Shown: positions 62,334 through 64,000 of the stretch, piece after piece
Layout: every line of letters begins with the position of its first letter
Position numbering within the stretch: the stretch's first letter is position 1
From: Alphaproteobacteria bacterium CG_4_10_14_0_8_um_filter_37_21
GTDB taxonomy: Bacteria > Pseudomonadota > Alphaproteobacteria > Paracaedibacterales > UBA11393
NCBI GenBank assembly: GCA_002791835.1
Contig: PFNE01000032.1
Coordinates: 33,646-97,645, forward strand
Direction: 5' to 3'
DNA length: 64,000 bases
The notes under the pieces: generated by a model
What the model was told of the DNA's origin: nothing
Seen by the model: only the letters and a program-made list of their open reading frames with translations
Database searches by the model: none
Position numbers and translations under genes: made by a program

Positions 62334-63193
62334 GCACAACAGGAACTCCTTTAGGAAAAGGGCTCGCCGCTCTACTTGGCGACTTAGATTATACTGAAGA
62401 ACTTACAGCAGCAATGGGTTCACAGCTAGCAACGGCAGAAATACAGCAGTTACAACCCGGCAAAATGCAGCCACGACAACGTTTTGATTCTGAAAACATG
62501 GCACATTTAATAGAATCAATTCGTCAAAAAGGTGTTTTACAACCAATTCTTGTTCGATCGTTAACAGAAGATTCATTTGAAATTATAGCCGGTGAACGGC
62601 GTTGGCGCGCATCGAAAGAAGCTGGTTTAAAGAATGTACCAATTATAATTGTAGAGTGTGACGATGAAGAGGCTTTAGAAGTTGGGTTAATCGAAAACCT
62701 ACAACGCGATGATCTAAACGCCATTGAAGAAGCAGAATCACTAAAAAAACTTGTGGATGATTTCGGCAAAACACAAGAAGAAGTAGCACTGTCAGTTAGC
62801 AAAAGCAGAAGTTATGTAGCCAATCTTTTACGGTTAACAACCCTTCCAGACTATGTAAAAGACTTAATTAGAAATGGAAAATTAAGTGCTGGGCATGCTA
62901 GAACGCTTATTGGATCACCTAATATAGAAGAACTTGTTCAACAAATATTAAACGAGAAACTATCTGTTAGAGAAGCAGAAACAAGAAGAAAAGAGAAAAC
63001 AACACGTACACAGAAAAATACTTTAGGCCAAGAAACTGTTGATCCAGATATTATAGTGGTGCAGGAAATCATTGAAGGCGCGCTTAACTTGCCAACAAAA
63101 ATTAACATTAGTAAGCGTGGTGGGCAAATCAAGCTTTCATTTGATACGTATGAACAACTTGATACGCTGGTTTCAAAGCTGCAAACTATATAA
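62330..63193 (+). CDS. parB: Chromosome partitioning protein ParB (Spo0J)
   Basis: QPRQRFD, GVLQPILVR, IIAGERRWRAS, and an HTH region (QEEVALSVSKSRSYVANLLRL). ATGA overlap with parA. Confidence 0.93.
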   Translation: MSTTGTPLGKGLAALLGDLDYTEELTAAMGSQLATAEIQQLQPGKMQPRQRFDSENMAHLIESIRQKGVLQPILVRSLTEDSFEIIAGERRWRASKEAGLKNVPIIIVECDDEEALEVGLIENLQRDDLNAIEEAESLKKLVDDFGKTQEEVALSVSKSRSYVANLLRLTTLPDYVKDLIRNGKLSAGHARTLIGSPNIEELVQQILNEKLSVREAETRRKEKTTRTQKNTLGQETVDPDIIVVQEIIEGALNLPTKINISKRGGQIKLSFDTYEQLDTLVSKLQTI

Positions 63194-63270
63194 AATGTTT
63201 TAAAAAAATTGCTGATACAACAACAAATGATGCATAATAAAATGCACAGATTTAATGAAGTATATATTAT

Positions 63271-64000
63271 ATGAAAAAGTATATCACGACGCCTATTTAT
63301 TACGTAAACGATAAGCCCCACCTTGGTTCCGCCTACACCACGATTGCATGCGATGTTTGGGCCCGGTTTCAGCGTTTTTCTGGTCACGACACTTTTTTCT
63401 TAACTGGTACAGATGAACACGGCCAAAAAATTCAACAAGCTGCAGAAAAAGCAAAAAAAAATCCAAAGAATTTTGTGGATGATGTTTCTTTAACTTTTAA
63501 GAATATGATGAATCATTTAACAATTACAAATGATGATTTTATTCGAACAACAGAAGAACGCCATAAGAAAGCAGCTCAACATTTATGGACTAAGCTTGTT
63601 CAAAATGGCTACATTTATCCTGGAGAGTATGCTGGCTGGTACGCCGTTCGTGATGAAGCCTTTTATAAAGAGGCCGAACTTGTTGAAGGTAAAGCGCCAA
63701 CAGGTGCAGAAGTTACATGGGTAGTTGAACAAAGCTATTTTTTTAAACTGTCAGCTTTTCAAGATAAATTAATTGCTTTATATGAAAGTAATCCAAATTT
63801 TATTCAGCCACAATCACGCAGGAATGAAGTGTTTTCTTTCGTAAAGTCGGGCCTTCACGATTTATCAATATCACGTAGCAGTTTTGAGTGGGGCATACCA
63901 CTACCTGAAAATACTAATCATGGAAAAGAACATGTCATGTATGTTTGGATTGATGCCCTCACAAACTATTTAACGGGTATTGGGTATCCAGATAACTTTG
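63271..64000 (+). CDS. metG: Methionyl-tRNA synthetase, N-terminal 243 codons (runs off the window end)
   Basis: Not in the ORF track (no stop). Hand translation gives MKKYITTPIYYVNDKPHLGSAYTTIACDVWARFQRFSGHDTFFLTGTDEHGQKI...HDLSISRSSFEWGIPLP...VMYVWIDALTNYLTG. Confidence 0.92.
   Translation, partial: MKKYITTPIYYVNDKPHLGSAYTTIACDVWARFQRFSGHDTFFLTGTDEHGQKIQQAAEKAKKNPKNFVDDVSLTFKNMMNHLTITNDDFIRTTEERHKKAAQHLWTKLVQNGYIYPGEYAGWYAVRDEAFYKEAELVEGKAPTGAEVTWVVEQSYFFKLSAFQDKLIALYESNPNFIQPQSRRNEVFSFVKSGLHDLSISRSSFEWGIPLPENTNHGKEHVMYVWIDALTNYLTGIGYPDNF

Noticed and set aside
62938-63387. 149-aa minus-strand ORF spanning the parB 3' end, the spacer and the metG 5' end
   Set aside because: It is antisense to two well-supported genes, Cys/Ile/Ser-rich, and has no motifs or RBS.

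Overview
AT-rich alphaproteobacterial chromosome segment. The lineage call rests on a DUF1013/TrcR-like protein, HemA-type ALA synthase, an NDUFS4-like protein, CIRCE-controlled groESL and rsmG-parAB. Gene content and strong operon scattering suggest a reduced, host-associated Rickettsiales/Holosporales-like genome; that is inference. I support about 60 CDS, mostly housekeeping: rnr, atpD, gyrA, groESL, gmk, def, lnt, rpiB, ftsEX, tag, maeB, pyrG, alr, hpf, hemA, xseA, ssb, nuoC, pnp, rpsO, motAB, phaC, rsmG-parAB and metG. There are also 2 tRNAs (Cys-GCA, Pro-UGG), a CIRCE operator, two perfect parS sites and several intrinsic terminators. I saw no rRNA, CRISPR array, transposase/IS, prophage or integrase island. 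I did not find a clear multi-gene novel system. The observations most worth a second look are: (1) scattered Sec-signal-bearing orphan proteins with enzyme-like motifs (APH/ChoK-like kinase motif, class-3-lipase motif, one with no recognisable domain); (2) a secreted Q/G/Y-rich protein with near-identical 60-nt tandem repeats and a Sup35-like oligopeptide-repeat tail; (3) a stand-alone T6SS tssE/gp25-like gene; (4) a deletion-fusion pseudogene joining a CaCA antiporter 5' half to an nhaA 3' half; (5) core operons broken into single genes (atpD, nuoC, livF, an ABC permease, yejF versus yejA); (6) a 668-bp intergenic region holding a self-contained small transcription unit that is absent from the supplied ORF track. 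All family assignments come from motif recognition by eye. No database search was run.
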